Positions 1-9,463 of a DNA stretch of 64,000 nt are shown in pieces (within the stretch, counting starts at the first letter, position 1; every line of letters starts with the position of its first letter). Made by a program: the position numbers and the translations under genes. The notes under the pieces are model-generated. The model saw only the letters and a list, made by a program, of their open reading frames with translations. It did not search any database and was not told the DNA's origin. Source of the DNA: a virus; the IMG/VR virus record IMGVR_UViG_3300027908_000023, positions 6,369-70,368 of that record; one strand, 5' to 3'.

Positions 1-294
1 TCATGCCACCATCAGGGTTTTCACGAAGATCCAGGTTGTCGGTTGCCCATTGCTCCAAGACATCCTCGACAGCATCCAGGCATTCCAGAAACGTCCCATA
101 ACCGTTGCGAAATGGCGTTACGCTGTCTTCAGGGAAATGCACGCTCCATACATGGTCATCCGATCCTTGCGCAGCACCAACCGCCGTGCCAAGACTCCCA
201 CGAGGGGAGATGTTTCTGTGGTGGCCAGCCAATTCCCACCATTTGCCATTCGACTTCCACACGCATCCCGCCAGGAAGTGAACCGCGACCTCGT

Positions 295-525
295 TCATGG
301 CGACTCCTCAGGTTTCGCCAACGACCCTCCGGCAAACCGCCTTGCCAGCACGCCGATAAGCCAGGTCATCTCCTCGCTTGGCGAGCAACCTGTCTCCTTC
401 TCGCAATCGGCACGAAGCCACTGCGTCAGTCTGTTGACACGCTCATCGATGTCCTGGCAACGGCAAGGACCGTCGCAGCGTGAGGCAGCACAACCCGGCC
501 AATGAGTATCCATCGGATTTTTCAT
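295..525 (-). CDS. hypothetical phage protein
   Basis: Part of a chain of minus-strand ORFs with ATGA start/stop overlaps. Confidence 0.55.
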   Translation of the reverse strand: MKNPMDTHWPGCAASRCDGPCRCQDIDERVNRLTQWLRADCEKETGCSPSEEMTWLIGVLARRFAGGSLAKPEESP

Positions 526-737
526 CGCGATTCCTCTGGCTGTTTGGCTTCAATGGTGTTACGCTGAACTTCGGTCAAGAGATCAATTACCTTCTGGGCG
601 TCCTCCCATGAGATGACACCGGTATACATCAGGGCTCCGAACCTCTTGGCTGGTCTGGCATCCACTCCGATGCAGACGAGAACCTTACCATCTCGCGCGG
701 CCTTGTCATGCTGCTCTTTGGTGTTCTGCAACTTCAC
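522..737 (-). CDS. hypothetical phage protein
   Basis: GGAGG SD upstream; overlaps the next gene. Confidence 0.6.
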   Translation of the reverse strand: MKLQNTKEQHDKAARDGKVLVCIGVDARPAKRFGALMYTGVISWEDAQKVIDLLTEVQRNTIEAKQPEESR

Positions 738-800
738 GTCTTGTCCTCCTTTCCTTCACGGATCAGATCCCCATAGCCGTCGCGCGCCTCACTCATGGCA

Positions 801-1004
801 TCAATCTCCAGTTTTCATGAAGCGCCGCAAGACATTTTCGGCAACTCGATTATGGATGTCATCAACCTCCTTGCACAGCCGATCCGCCTCCGCTCCGTCG
901 ATGTGAGACAGCAGATTTCCGGCCCGCCATAGATAATCCATCGCCCGGCAGGCAAGGAGAATCGGCGAGGAGACGGCAACTGGCTCGACAGGATCAGGCA
1001 TCAA
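801..1004 (-). CDS. hypothetical phage protein
   Basis: Co-oriented small ORF in the gene chain. Confidence 0.5.
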   Translation of the reverse strand: MMPDPVEPVAVSSPILLACRAMDYLWRAGNLLSHIDGAEADRLCKEVDDIHNRVAENVLRRFMKTGD

Positions 1005-1057
1005 TTATCTTCCCGTGTTTGTGACCAAGTTCCCGAGCCAGTGATCATCCATCAGGT

Positions 1058-1294
1058 TCACTCCTGCGTCTCGCGCTCGGCACGCAACGCCGCGTTCAGT
1101 GTCACAACCTCGCGCTCCATGTGGGCGATGCGCTTGCGCTTCATCTCCCCGAGAAGTCCAGGCAGAGCGTGCAGGAGTTGCCTGGCATCGTCGCGCTCCA
1201 GATAGACGGTCGCCGTTGAATACGTGCCAATGATCTTCAGCGTGCCGTCATCATCCACGACAACCACCATGCCTTTGGAATCACTCATCGCCAT
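1058..1294 (-). CDS. hypothetical protein with C-terminal coiled coil
   Basis: GGGAGG SD; protein-like composition. Confidence 0.6.
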   Translation of the reverse strand: MAMSDSKGMVVVVDDDGTLKIIGTYSTATVYLERDDARQLLHALPGLLGEMKRKRIAHMEREVVTLNAALRAERETQE

Positions 1295-1459
1295 CCTCCC
1301 TTGTCTTTTCTCTGACCCAGCCTATCCAGATAGTGCTGAAACTCATCCTCGAACCAGACATAACCGATGGCCGGGAAGTACCAGGCGCCACAACCACGCT
1401 GATAGTTGCAATCTTCCTGCCATTGCACTGGCTGTTGTTACTTTGAGTAGGATCATGGT

Positions 1460-1708
1460 TCACACTCCTCCCGTCGCAACACTCGAAAACTTGGCCGTCC
1501 AATCCTCGCCGTGTTGAAGCTCCACGATGACAGGTCCAGCCTCGATGGCTCTCACAAGGTCCACCAAGTCCCCGGTTTTGCCGTCAAGATTCCATCCGGC
1601 ATCAATCAGGTATTCAGCACCCAGCGCGTTGGCAAGCTGCACCGAGATCCGGCCAGACCCGGCGATGATCGTCGTACTGCTCAACGTGCCCTTGATTGGA
1701 CTCATCAA
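1460..1708 (-). CDS. hypothetical phage protein
   Basis: ATGA overlap with the upstream ORF. Confidence 0.55.
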   Translation of the reverse strand: MMSPIKGTLSSTTIIAGSGRISVQLANALGAEYLIDAGWNLDGKTGDLVDLVRAIEAGPVIVELQHGEDWTAKFSSVATGGV

Positions 1709-1912
1709 TCACCATTACCTTTATCTTGCTTCATTTTTTCGTCGTAGCGAATCTGCATGTCGTTGCGGAGATAATCGTATAGCGCCACGAATTGCTGCTT
1801 GTGGTCGTTGATCTGCTGTTGCAGCCTGACGATGGCGGCGGTGACCGCCAAGACTCCTATGACGGCCAGAATGAAGATTAAGGTCAGGATTTCCACCATC
1901 GTCATTACTGCC

Positions 1913-2398
1913 TCACTTGGGAAACTCGATCTCGAACTTCGAGAAGGCGTCTCGGATGAGATCGTTGTCCTTGTAATCGTACTTGTAGACACCGGGAACC
2001 TTGTCCTTCCACGCTTTCTCAAGCTTGTCGCTTGGAATGGATTGCGCCTCCTTGCCCCAGGTGAACCAGCCTGGCAGGATGACCTTCTTGCCGGCCTCCA
2101 TCCACATCAGCTTCGGATTATCGGTCTGGCCATCCCACCATTGATCGGTCGTCATCAGGACAACATCCGGCGTGCCGTCCCGCTTGAGCGAGTAGGCGGC
2201 AACCCACATCCATCGCAGTCCTTCGATCCTCCGCGTTTTTCTCCACAGGTCACGAGTTCGCTGCTGCGTTGGCCACTCGTTTACGTGGATCTTGTCTGCG
2301 GAGTCATTTTTCGGTTCAGGAGAAGGCGATTGCGGCGATTCGCGCCGACAACCGACCAACGCGAACACGAACAAGACTGACATCACGATTTGTCTCAT
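1913..2398 (-). CDS. putative lipoprotein
   Basis: Start moved to MRQIVMSVLFVFALVGC, a signal peptide with a lipobox-like ALVGC; follows the promoter motif at 2468-2496. Confidence 0.7.
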   Translation of the reverse strand: MRQIVMSVLFVFALVGCRRESPQSPSPEPKNDSADKIHVNEWPTQQRTRDLWRKTRRIEGLRWMWVAAYSLKRDGTPDVVLMTTDQWWDGQTDNPKLMWMEAGKKVILPGWFTWGKEAQSIPSDKLEKAWKDKVPGVYKYDYKDNDLIRDAFSKFEIEFPK

Positions 2399-2492
2399 CG
2401 CTACTCCGATACTTGGGGTTTGAGCCACGGTTTCCGCGTGTCAACGTCGGCCTCTCTATCTACCATCTTGTTCGCTCGCTGTCTAGCGACAT

Positions 2493-2756
2493 TTAACCGT
2501 CACCGAAGATTTTCCACGCGGCAAGATGCTCAGCGTCGGCACTGTCCATCGTCGTGACACCATGACGCTCCTGCCAGACACCGCAGCAGGCTGACCAGCA
2601 AACACAATCCTTGACCTCGCCATAGCGGCAATCGCGAACATCCCGGCATCCATCACACCTGCCAGCCACGATGGCAGTACCGTCCGGCATGTGGAGATGA
2701 CCTCCATAGACGGTCGGCGGATGACCACAGTGTATGCAGTTGCGCGTGACGGTCAT
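2493..2756 (-). CDS. Cys-rich hypothetical protein
   Basis: CIHCG..GH.H..AG.C..CR motif shared with ORF 56294-56755. Confidence 0.6.
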   Translation of the reverse strand: MTVTRNCIHCGHPPTVYGGHLHMPDGTAIVAGRCDGCRDVRDCRYGEVKDCVCWSACCGVWQERHGVTTMDSADAEHLAAWKIFGDG

Positions 2757-2946
2757 TCGCCCCTCGCTCGTATCAAGGCGGCTATCTCCAGCGCTACCGC
2801 CTGCTTGGCTTTGCATTCCATGAGCCTCAGCGTGTTGCATTGGCCGGTCAGCCGTCTCTCGTTCTCGACATCGCGCAAGTAGACAAGATTGGCCTCATGG
2901 GCGCACAAGTCGCGCTCTTCCGCAACTGCCTGTTCTGATGGCGTCA

Positions 2947-3195
2947 TCACGCAACTCCCCTTCGACGAATCGCGGACGCGATGTCGTACTTGGTTCCGTA
3001 GAGTTCTCCGTCCCGACCGCAGTTGGAGCATGTCGGCCAGGCATCGCAGTAGACCTTGTGGCTCTCTGCCAGGCTGGCGCATGCCTCGCGTTCCTCCGCG
3101 ATGGCTGCCTCCACGATGCCGATGATGGTTTCCTCGCCGGGCTTCTCGCAGCCATACTCGTCGAACAACATCGTGACACGTTCTCGGGCTGTCAT
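2947..3195 (-). CDS. hypothetical phage protein (EEREACA motif)
   Basis: AIAEEREACA..IASAIR pattern common in phage small proteins; a similar motif occurs in the adjacent ORF ending at 2753. Confidence 0.6.
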   Translation of the reverse strand: MTARERVTMLFDEYGCEKPGEETIIGIVEAAIAEEREACASLAESHKVYCDAWPTCSNCGRDGELYGTKYDIASAIRRRGVA

Positions 3196-3593
3196 TGCTT
3201 GTCCTCCACACCGTTGACCAGCCGTGCCAACTCGTCGCGATAGGCGATGGCGTCAGCCTCAGTGTCGAAGCGGATCGGCTTGGTCCGCGTATCGTCCAGC
3301 CTCACGTCAACCTCATAGTAGGTCGGCCCCGGCAATCCTTCTGAGTCATCTATGCTGATCGTGCGGACATCCTCCGGCCGTATCCAGTCGCCGTTCCGTA
3401 ACTGGATGAGCCGCGCCGGATTCTCTTTCGGCCGATTGAGCAATCCCTTGACGACCTCGACCTGGCTCGCTAAGAGTTCTTGAGGGGCGTCGTTGCCATG
3501 CTTGCCGAAATATTCCCTGATCAGTCCGTAGGCCGCGAAGTCTCTCAGGTAGGCCAGCAGGGTGTTGATCTCGTTTCTTTCATGGCTGTTCAT
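3192..3593 (-). CDS. hypothetical phage protein
   Basis: 133 aa ORF with ATGA overlaps. Confidence 0.65.
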   Translation of the reverse strand: MNSHERNEINTLLAYLRDFAAYGLIREYFGKHGNDAPQELLASQVEVVKGLLNRPKENPARLIQLRNGDWIRPEDVRTISIDDSEGLPGPTYYEVDVRLDDTRTKPIRFDTEADAIAYRDELARLVNGVEDKQ

Positions 3594-3997
3594 CGACTTC
3601 CACCTCCTCGTACACCTTCACGATCGCCTTGCGTTTCTGCTCCGCTTCCCATACTGCCGCAATGCCGAAAATCTCCTGCCCGGGATAGATCCTGCCCGTG
3701 GCATCGCGCGGATAATACCACCAGCCAAGATGCTGTCGCCAGCCTCTATCACGGAGAATCTTCTGCCTGGTCACGGGTTGTTTCCCGGCGACTTCACCTG
3801 ATCGGCCAGATTGGAAGCTCCAATCAACAAGTGGGCAAGTTCCCACCAGTCACGCCAGGCTTCGTTGTGTTCAGCGGCAAGACATTCCTGCTGCCATTGA
3901 ACCATGTAGGTCAGCGAATCGAGGACAGCCGGCAAGCCGAAATCGCGAACCAAAGGGCTGAGCCTTCTGGTCAAGTCAGGATTGTTGTCATGAGCCA

Positions 3998-4486
3998 TCA
4001 CGCTTCCTCCTCGACCCCGCAATGAATGCCACACCCCGTATCCCGACAGCCACCCTGACCACCGACGGCACGCGCCGCCTCGGAGGCACGCAGCGCGGCA
4101 GCATCGCTGATCTGGCTGAGTTCATGGAACCCATGCACAGAGTAACCGATGAGTTGCGCGAACTGTTCCTGATCGGCCTGGGGGAACTTGAGCCGATGCG
4201 CCGCGATGGCCAGCGTATTGAGATCGCATTGCCAACCGTTACAGGCACAGTGGAAAAGGTGCCGAACCACCGCGTTGCAGCGCTCGGGATGATCTAGATC
4301 CGCACCGATCAAGGCACGAAACTGCACCGAGTCCTCATCCGGGAAGTAGAGGCGTGCAATGTCACCGAGATCGCACTTGCGACCCGCGCTGGCCTCCTCG
4401 ACGACATGCTGAACAATGGCATTGCCACGGAAGCGGGCACGGCCGTTGGCGTCGAGGTAGACTGGTTGCATGGGATGCTTCGTCAT
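3998..4486 (-). CDS. hypothetical phage protein with an internally duplicated core
   Basis: MTKHPMQP start; two NA(I/V)V..CDL..FP..D..QF..LIG units. Confidence 0.7.
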   Translation of the reverse strand: MTKHPMQPVYLDANGRARFRGNAIVQHVVEEASAGRKCDLGDIARLYFPDEDSVQFRALIGADLDHPERCNAVVRHLFHCACNGWQCDLNTLAIAAHRLKFPQADQEQFAQLIGYSVHGFHELSQISDAAALRASEAARAVGGQGGCRDTGCGIHCGVEEEA

Positions 4487-5121
4487 CGGGTATTTTCCTT
4501 GGTAATTGTAGGCTACACATGCCGTTGCGTGATCTCGCGCACCCGCCGGCACGTCGGGCAACTGGCCTCAAAGGTCAGCTCGTCGATCTTGTCCAGCGCC
4601 TCGCGCGCCTCGAACAGTCGCGGCTTCTCGTCGCGCTTGGATGTCGAGAAGAACTCCTCGACATCCTCGGCGGTCTTGCCTGTCCGCTCCGCTTCGGCGG
4701 CGCACAGGCGAGCGAATGCCTCGGTGTCCAGCATGTGGTGTCGCAGGTCGGCATCGAGCGGGATGCGCTTGAGCACGTAGAGCACGGCGGATTGCGCCGT
4801 GGTCAGGGTAGGCGGAATGATGATTTCTTCGTCACGCATGATTGTTACTCCTGTACTTTCTTTCTGCCCCCAACGGGCTTCCTCAACCGATAACCGAAAC
4901 TGACGTGAAAGCACACCCGGCACGCCTCGCAGCGGAGACTGCCACGCACCCGCGCCGCCGGTCCACCGCAGTAGGGGCAGAACGCCACCTTGCCAGGTGG
5001 AGTCAGGAACAGAGGGCGGTCTGTGGTAGGCGTCAACTCATGTTGCTGCTCAGTCATGCTTTGCCTCCACGGAGTTATTCGTCGCTCGCCGGCCGGGATT
5101 TAATCCGCGCCTTGATTTTGC

Positions 5122-5403
5122 TCACCACTCCTTGTATGCCGGTGGAAGGTTCGCCTTGAGCCATTCGTCATCAACCTCCCAACCGTCATCATCCAGCGTG
5201 AACGGGATGCCGGCCAGCCTGAGAATCGTCGGTGTATCGCTGCTGGTCGTCGGATGACTGCCATCGGTCAACACGGCCAGCAATGCCCTGATCTGCCCGC
5301 TGACGTGGTTGATGTGGAAACTGTTACAGGAGTCCGTACAGGCGATGATTCTGGCGACGAGCAGCGCCTTGATCTGTGGTTCGGTCAGCATGGTTACTCC
5401 CAC
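5122..5403 (-). CDS. hypothetical phage protein
   Basis: Co-oriented ORF in the gene chain. Confidence 0.55.
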   Translation of the reverse strand: MGVTMLTEPQIKALLVARIIACTDSCNSFHINHVSGQIRALLAVLTDGSHPTTSSDTPTILRLAGIPFTLDDDGWEVDDEWLKANLPPAYKEW

Positions 5404-6206
5404 TCCTCTCCATCAGCACGCCGTTCCGCCATGAGATACACGGCCAACCTGGCATCCTCGTTGAGATCCGTCCACAATTCCCGTAACTCATGCGGCACAT
5501 GGTTGCGCCAGTCATGGACGCGGCTCGTGGTCCTCCAATCGGGACGGAGGATGTCCTCCACGGCATCGCGGTCGAGACTGATCGCGCTGACGGAGCCGTC
5601 ATCGTCTGCCAGGCGTTCCAGGAAGTCGCGTGCCGTCATGCCTACGCCCTCTCGTTGTTCCGATGGGTCAGCAACTGTTGACCGTACCACCTCATCGTCC
5701 ATCACCGCTGCCATACTTCGTCTCAAACCTGTTCTCCCTGCCCTTGCCGGCCGCAATCGCCCGCGCGATCCGCAGACGGCTAATCTCCTGGCTCGACAGT
5801 CCGGGCGGCAACTTCGCTTTCCAGGCCAGATAGACACGGTTCTCACAGAGTACGCAGCGGGCATGCTGAGCGCGGCGCCAACCCTGGCAGTCGGGACAGA
5901 TCGGCAGCGTAGCAACCAGGACCGCCAGCGCGTCTTGCACGATGCTGAGAGGCAGCAGATCGCCAGCCTTTGGTTGCCAGGATGCGACGGCCTCTGACCA
6001 CGGCACGACCCTCCACTTGCCGGCCCTGGGAAGCGCGCTGGCAAGTTGCGCGGAGATTGTCAGGCGCTGGATACTCTGCTGAGAGTCAGCATGTGCCAAC
6101 TCAGGCGGCGTGGCCTGTCTGGGATGGAGCAACCTCGTATGCTGGGCCTTGATGTCGTTGGGCGACAGACGGGCGACGATGTAGATGGCTTCCATACTCT
6201 GGCCTC

Positions 6207-6650
6207 CTAGCGCTTTTTGAGATCGAAGGATTCCATCGTCTGCCGGCCGGACTTTAGAGCATCGCCGATCATGGCGAGCCTGGCCTCGTACATGATCTCG
6301 AACAGGGTTCTTGCCTTGGCACCGTTTTTCTTGGCCTTGTGCCAGGCAAGCAACATCTCCTGTTCGCAAAAACGCCGGCCGTCCCAATCCTGGCAGTAGC
6401 GAAACTCTGGATGGTCGCTGAACAAGGCATACAGATCGATGCGCGGGAAGCCTTCCACCTTCATGCCGTCGAACTGAGGTTCGGCTTCGCCCGTCTCAAC
6501 GATGCGATAACTGACAACCTTCTGCGACTCCTCATCGTTGGCATGGTAGACACCGCAATAGTCGCAGGCCCAGCCGGTCTGAATCTTAACGGACGGCATC
6601 GGTTTGCCGGTCCGGGGATGGAATCGTGGCTCCTGGCCGAAGACTTTCAT
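6207..6650 (-). CDS. hypothetical protein with CxxC motif
   Basis: GGAGG SD; ends in a TAG that overlaps the next SD. Confidence 0.7.
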   Translation of the reverse strand: MKVFGQEPRFHPRTGKPMPSVKIQTGWACDYCGVYHANDEESQKVVSYRIVETGEAEPQFDGMKVEGFPRIDLYALFSDHPEFRYCQDWDGRRFCEQEMLLAWHKAKKNGAKARTLFEIMYEARLAMIGDALKSGRQTMESFDLKKR

Positions 6651-7040
6651 GTCAGATCCTCCGTGAGAAAAGCATGGCCGCGCCGTGACTCGTCCGGGTT
6701 ATCATCCACGTTACGTACCATGATGAGCCCTCGCCTCTTACTGCACGCGGCCATGTCTCCTGTCGCCAGACATTTAACCTGTCACCGGGAAAGAATCAAG
6801 GTCAGTTGCCCGTCTCTATCCATGCCGCAGCCAGGGCACGGATGCATGCCTGGCAGTGCGGGCAATTCACACGCGCAAGATCGGTGGTCTTCAGCACCTT
6901 GCGGATGCAGTCAGTTCCTACCTCGCATGCATCTGCCCTGATGATGACGCGGCGAATCGCGCCGCAGATGGTGGTTCGACCAGCCGGCTGGTAGTGCCTG
7001 AACGTCATATCTTCTTCATGGGTCGGCATCGGTTGATCCT

Positions 7041-7244
7041 CTAGGGCTTGTCCTCGCGGCGTTCATCGTCCTGCGCCTCGATCTCCAGCGCCTCTTGAGC
7101 CGTGTAGGATCGGCCGTCCCGGCTAGTGATGATGCTGGGCGCCAGTGGTCGATACCAGGCACCGAACAGGCCGCGCCGCCAGCCTCTCGCGAGCAGGAAA
7201 TCGGTGCATTGTTGCCATTCGCGGTCAAGAGCTTCGTCGATCAT
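7041..7244 (-). CDS. hypothetical phage protein
   Basis: Co-oriented ORF ending in TAG. Confidence 0.6.
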   Translation of the reverse strand: MIDEALDREWQQCTDFLLARGWRRGLFGAWYRPLAPSIITSRDGRSYTAQEALEIEAQDDERREDKP

Positions 7245-7247
7245 GGG

Positions 7248-7532
7248 TCACTCGGCCTCATCTAGTCGCCTGCGAAACTCATCCACGCTCTCCGGCTGCT
7301 GCATCACCGCCACGTCGATCCAGCAGCGGTATCCGAGCCACTCCGCGATGGCGTTTCCGGCGGCGTAGATCCGCTCCGCTGTCGTCTCTCCCCTGAAGTG
7401 CGACCGCACGACAGTGGAGATTATTCAGAGCGTTCCGTCCCGTCTGATGATACCCTGGTCAGAATCCAGCCAGGCTTTCTTTGCCGCCCGTTTGTCGGCG
7501 GCAGTCAGCACAATGGTAGCCTCACGGTTCAT
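7248..7532 (-). pseudogene. 95-codon ORF interrupted by one in-frame TGA (7425-7427)
   Basis: GGGAG SD and ATG; MNREAT...DGTL*IISTVVRSHF...RRRLDEAE fills the gap between two genes exactly. Confidence 0.6.
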
Positions 7533-7535
7533 GTC

Positions 7536-7964
7536 TCAACTCTCCCTCTTGTCCTTCGTCGGGTTCTCTACAACCGTCGCGCCATGCCGAGCCTGACTCT
7601 GGCCCTCCGTGGTCTGCGCCTGCGCTTCTTCGTCCGCGAACGCGAAGCAGTGCGTGACCGCTCCATCGTCGCGCACGATGCCGACCGGCGAAACCCTGAT
7701 CAGCCCATACCCCGCATAGTCGCATGGCTTCGGCACGTCGGCGCGTTCGCCGAACGCCTGCCTGACCTTTTCGCGCGGCATGTAACGACCGATGCACTCG
7801 CACAGCGCCCGGTCCGGCGTTGCGCCCTGGTCCTGGTAGGGCCGAAAATCCTCCGGGGTGGCCACATTGCCGCAGATCGGGCACGCGAAGCGCCAGGTCA
7901 TGCGGTCGGGGCCGAAAAGCCGCTCCCCTGCCTGGTTCCATTCCGCTTCCGTGATGGTCTTCAT
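7536..7964 (-). CDS. VVA0879-like Cys-rich phage protein
   Basis: W...G.RLFG.D...W.F.CP.CG..CIGR..CDY..YGL pattern, recalled family resemblance. Confidence 0.55.
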   Translation of the reverse strand: MKTITEAEWNQAGERLFGPDRMTWRFACPICGNVATPEDFRPYQDQGATPDRALCECIGRYMPREKVRQAFGERADVPKPCDYAGYGLIRVSPVGIVRDDGAVTHCFAFADEEAQAQTTEGQSQARHGATVVENPTKDKRES

Positions 7965-7965
7965 G

Positions 7966-8322
7966 TCACGTCTCCTTTACGGGGTCCTGAACCACGGTCG
8001 GCTCCATGCCGACCTTGACCCGCGCCTGATTCCACGCCTCATCTGTTGGTGCCTCGATCACACCCAACGCACAGAACGCCTGCAACTGTACGTCACGCGC
8101 GCCACGGCACAGATGCGCCGGCAAGCCAGTGCGGCGGTTGATCGCGTTGTCTTGGCCGGTCGAATGGCAGATACGACTGCTATGATTGAGAGCGCTCTCG
8201 GCCAGACCATCGGCCAGGTAGGCATAGGGGCTTCCCGGGCGAAACGGGCAGGTCCCGCACATGGTTGCACGCAGGGGTATGTTGCCGATGGTCATGTCTG
8301 GATTCCTTTCTGGCGATGGCAA
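7966..8322 (-). CDS. hypothetical Cys/His-rich protein
   Basis: CxTCPF, CH, CRG motifs. Confidence 0.6.
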   Translation of the reverse strand: MPSPERNPDMTIGNIPLRATMCGTCPFRPGSPYAYLADGLAESALNHSSRICHSTGQDNAINRRTGLPAHLCRGARDVQLQAFCALGVIEAPTDEAWNQARVKVGMEPTVVQDPVKET

Positions 8323-8358
8323 CTATTCGGCCGTTCCGAATAGTTGCCCTTACCATTC

Positions 8359-8712
8359 TCACACGCTGGCAATCAACCGCGTGACGGCCACGACCTGTCC
8401 GTCCTTCCTGATGGCGCCATCGTTGGGACCGGTTCCCGGAGCGAACACGTCGGAACGTGTCACGCGCGCCAAGACCAGCGCGCTGACAAGGTAAACCGTG
8501 CCCTCATCGGCGGCCGGTATGCCCTCCACGTCGCCGTATTGGGTCGGTCCAGCAACCGGGATACTGACACCTGACGGCGTCAGGGATCGCAGCGTGACGG
8601 CACCCGGGATGCTGGCCACGCGGGCAACCTGTCCGCTCGGCGGAATCACCATCTCCTGCCCGCTCGGGAACCGCAACGTAATGGCGTGCGGCATGAGGTT
8701 GATGATGTTCAT
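8359..8712 (-). CDS. small NLxPH-family protein, candidate Crn4-like ring nuclease
   Basis: INLMPH..IPPSG.VARV..YGDVEGIP..YLVS..R.DVFAP pattern; has its own promoter motif at 8780. Confidence 0.55.
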   Translation of the reverse strand: MNIINLMPHAITLRFPSGQEMVIPPSGQVARVASIPGAVTLRSLTPSGVSIPVAGPTQYGDVEGIPAADEGTVYLVSALVLARVTRSDVFAPGTGPNDGAIRKDGQVVAVTRLIASV

Positions 8713-9179
8713 GGGACTTTTCCTTTCAGGTCCGGCAACCGGCCGGAGCGGTCAGAGGAGTTGTGTTCCCTCTGGAGAGTAATTCGTCGCTCGCGAGCCG
8801 TCATTTTGACCAGCCGGAAAAATATGCCTGGCGATAGCGCTCGCGCAGGCCGATGTCCTTCATCGTCTGCCTCCAACGGCATCGTTGTCATATAGATCCG
8901 CCCCGCCACGGAGGCGAGGTAATCCTCTGCCATCTTCCGATCCGCCGCGTAGGCTTGCGCGGCCAGGCTGGCATCGCGGGCCACTTCTAGCCGATAGTCA
9001 CGGCTAAAGAGCATCTCCACCATCGTCAGGTCAATGCCGGCCTGGCTGTCCTCCAGCCACGCCTCCAGAAGTCGCCTGAACAACCCTGGCGGGACAAAGT
9101 GAAGGCGCTTCGTTGATCGGCCATAGCCGACGACGAACGTGATGGTCTTTCTGGTTGTGTCCTTGATGCGCAGCATCAT
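8709..9179 (-). CDS. hypothetical phage protein
   Basis: Start moved to MMLRIK; ATGA overlaps. Confidence 0.55.
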   Translation of the reverse strand: MMLRIKDTTRKTITFVVGYGRSTKRLHFVPPGLFRRLLEAWLEDSQAGIDLTMVEMLFSRDYRLEVARDASLAAQAYAADRKMAEDYLASVAGRIYMTTMPLEADDEGHRPARALSPGIFFRLVKMTARERRITLQREHNSSDRSGRLPDLKGKVP

Positions 9180-9371
9180 CGTCCCTTCCGCTTGCTCTTG
9201 TGGTGGTCCGACTTCGGCCGCCGCGATGCGTTGCATCCCGAGTGCGGCGGGCAGCGGTCGCACTTCAGGTGCCCCAGGCTTTCAGCGACGCGCTTGCGTG
9301 CCGCCTTGACCAGCCTCGATTCTGCGCTGGCTCCCATCTGCCACCGTCCTTTCACCAGGTATACGCGGGCT

Positions 9372-9443
9372 GGCTTTGCAACGGAATGGGCTTTGCAACG
9401 GAATGTCGCCGCGCAACGGAATGCGGCGGGGCGCAACGAAATG
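9372..9443 (+). repeat. subterminal repeats of the transposon left end
   Basis: GGCTTTGCAACGGAATG twice (9372, 9389); GCGCAACG(G/A)AATG at 9411 and 9431. Confidence 0.85.
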
Positions 9444-9463
9444 CGGAAGCCATCCGGTTCACC

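Noticed and set aside
6749-6777. Possible 37th promoter copy (ATTTAA at 6772)
   Set aside because: No TTCG 16 nt away.
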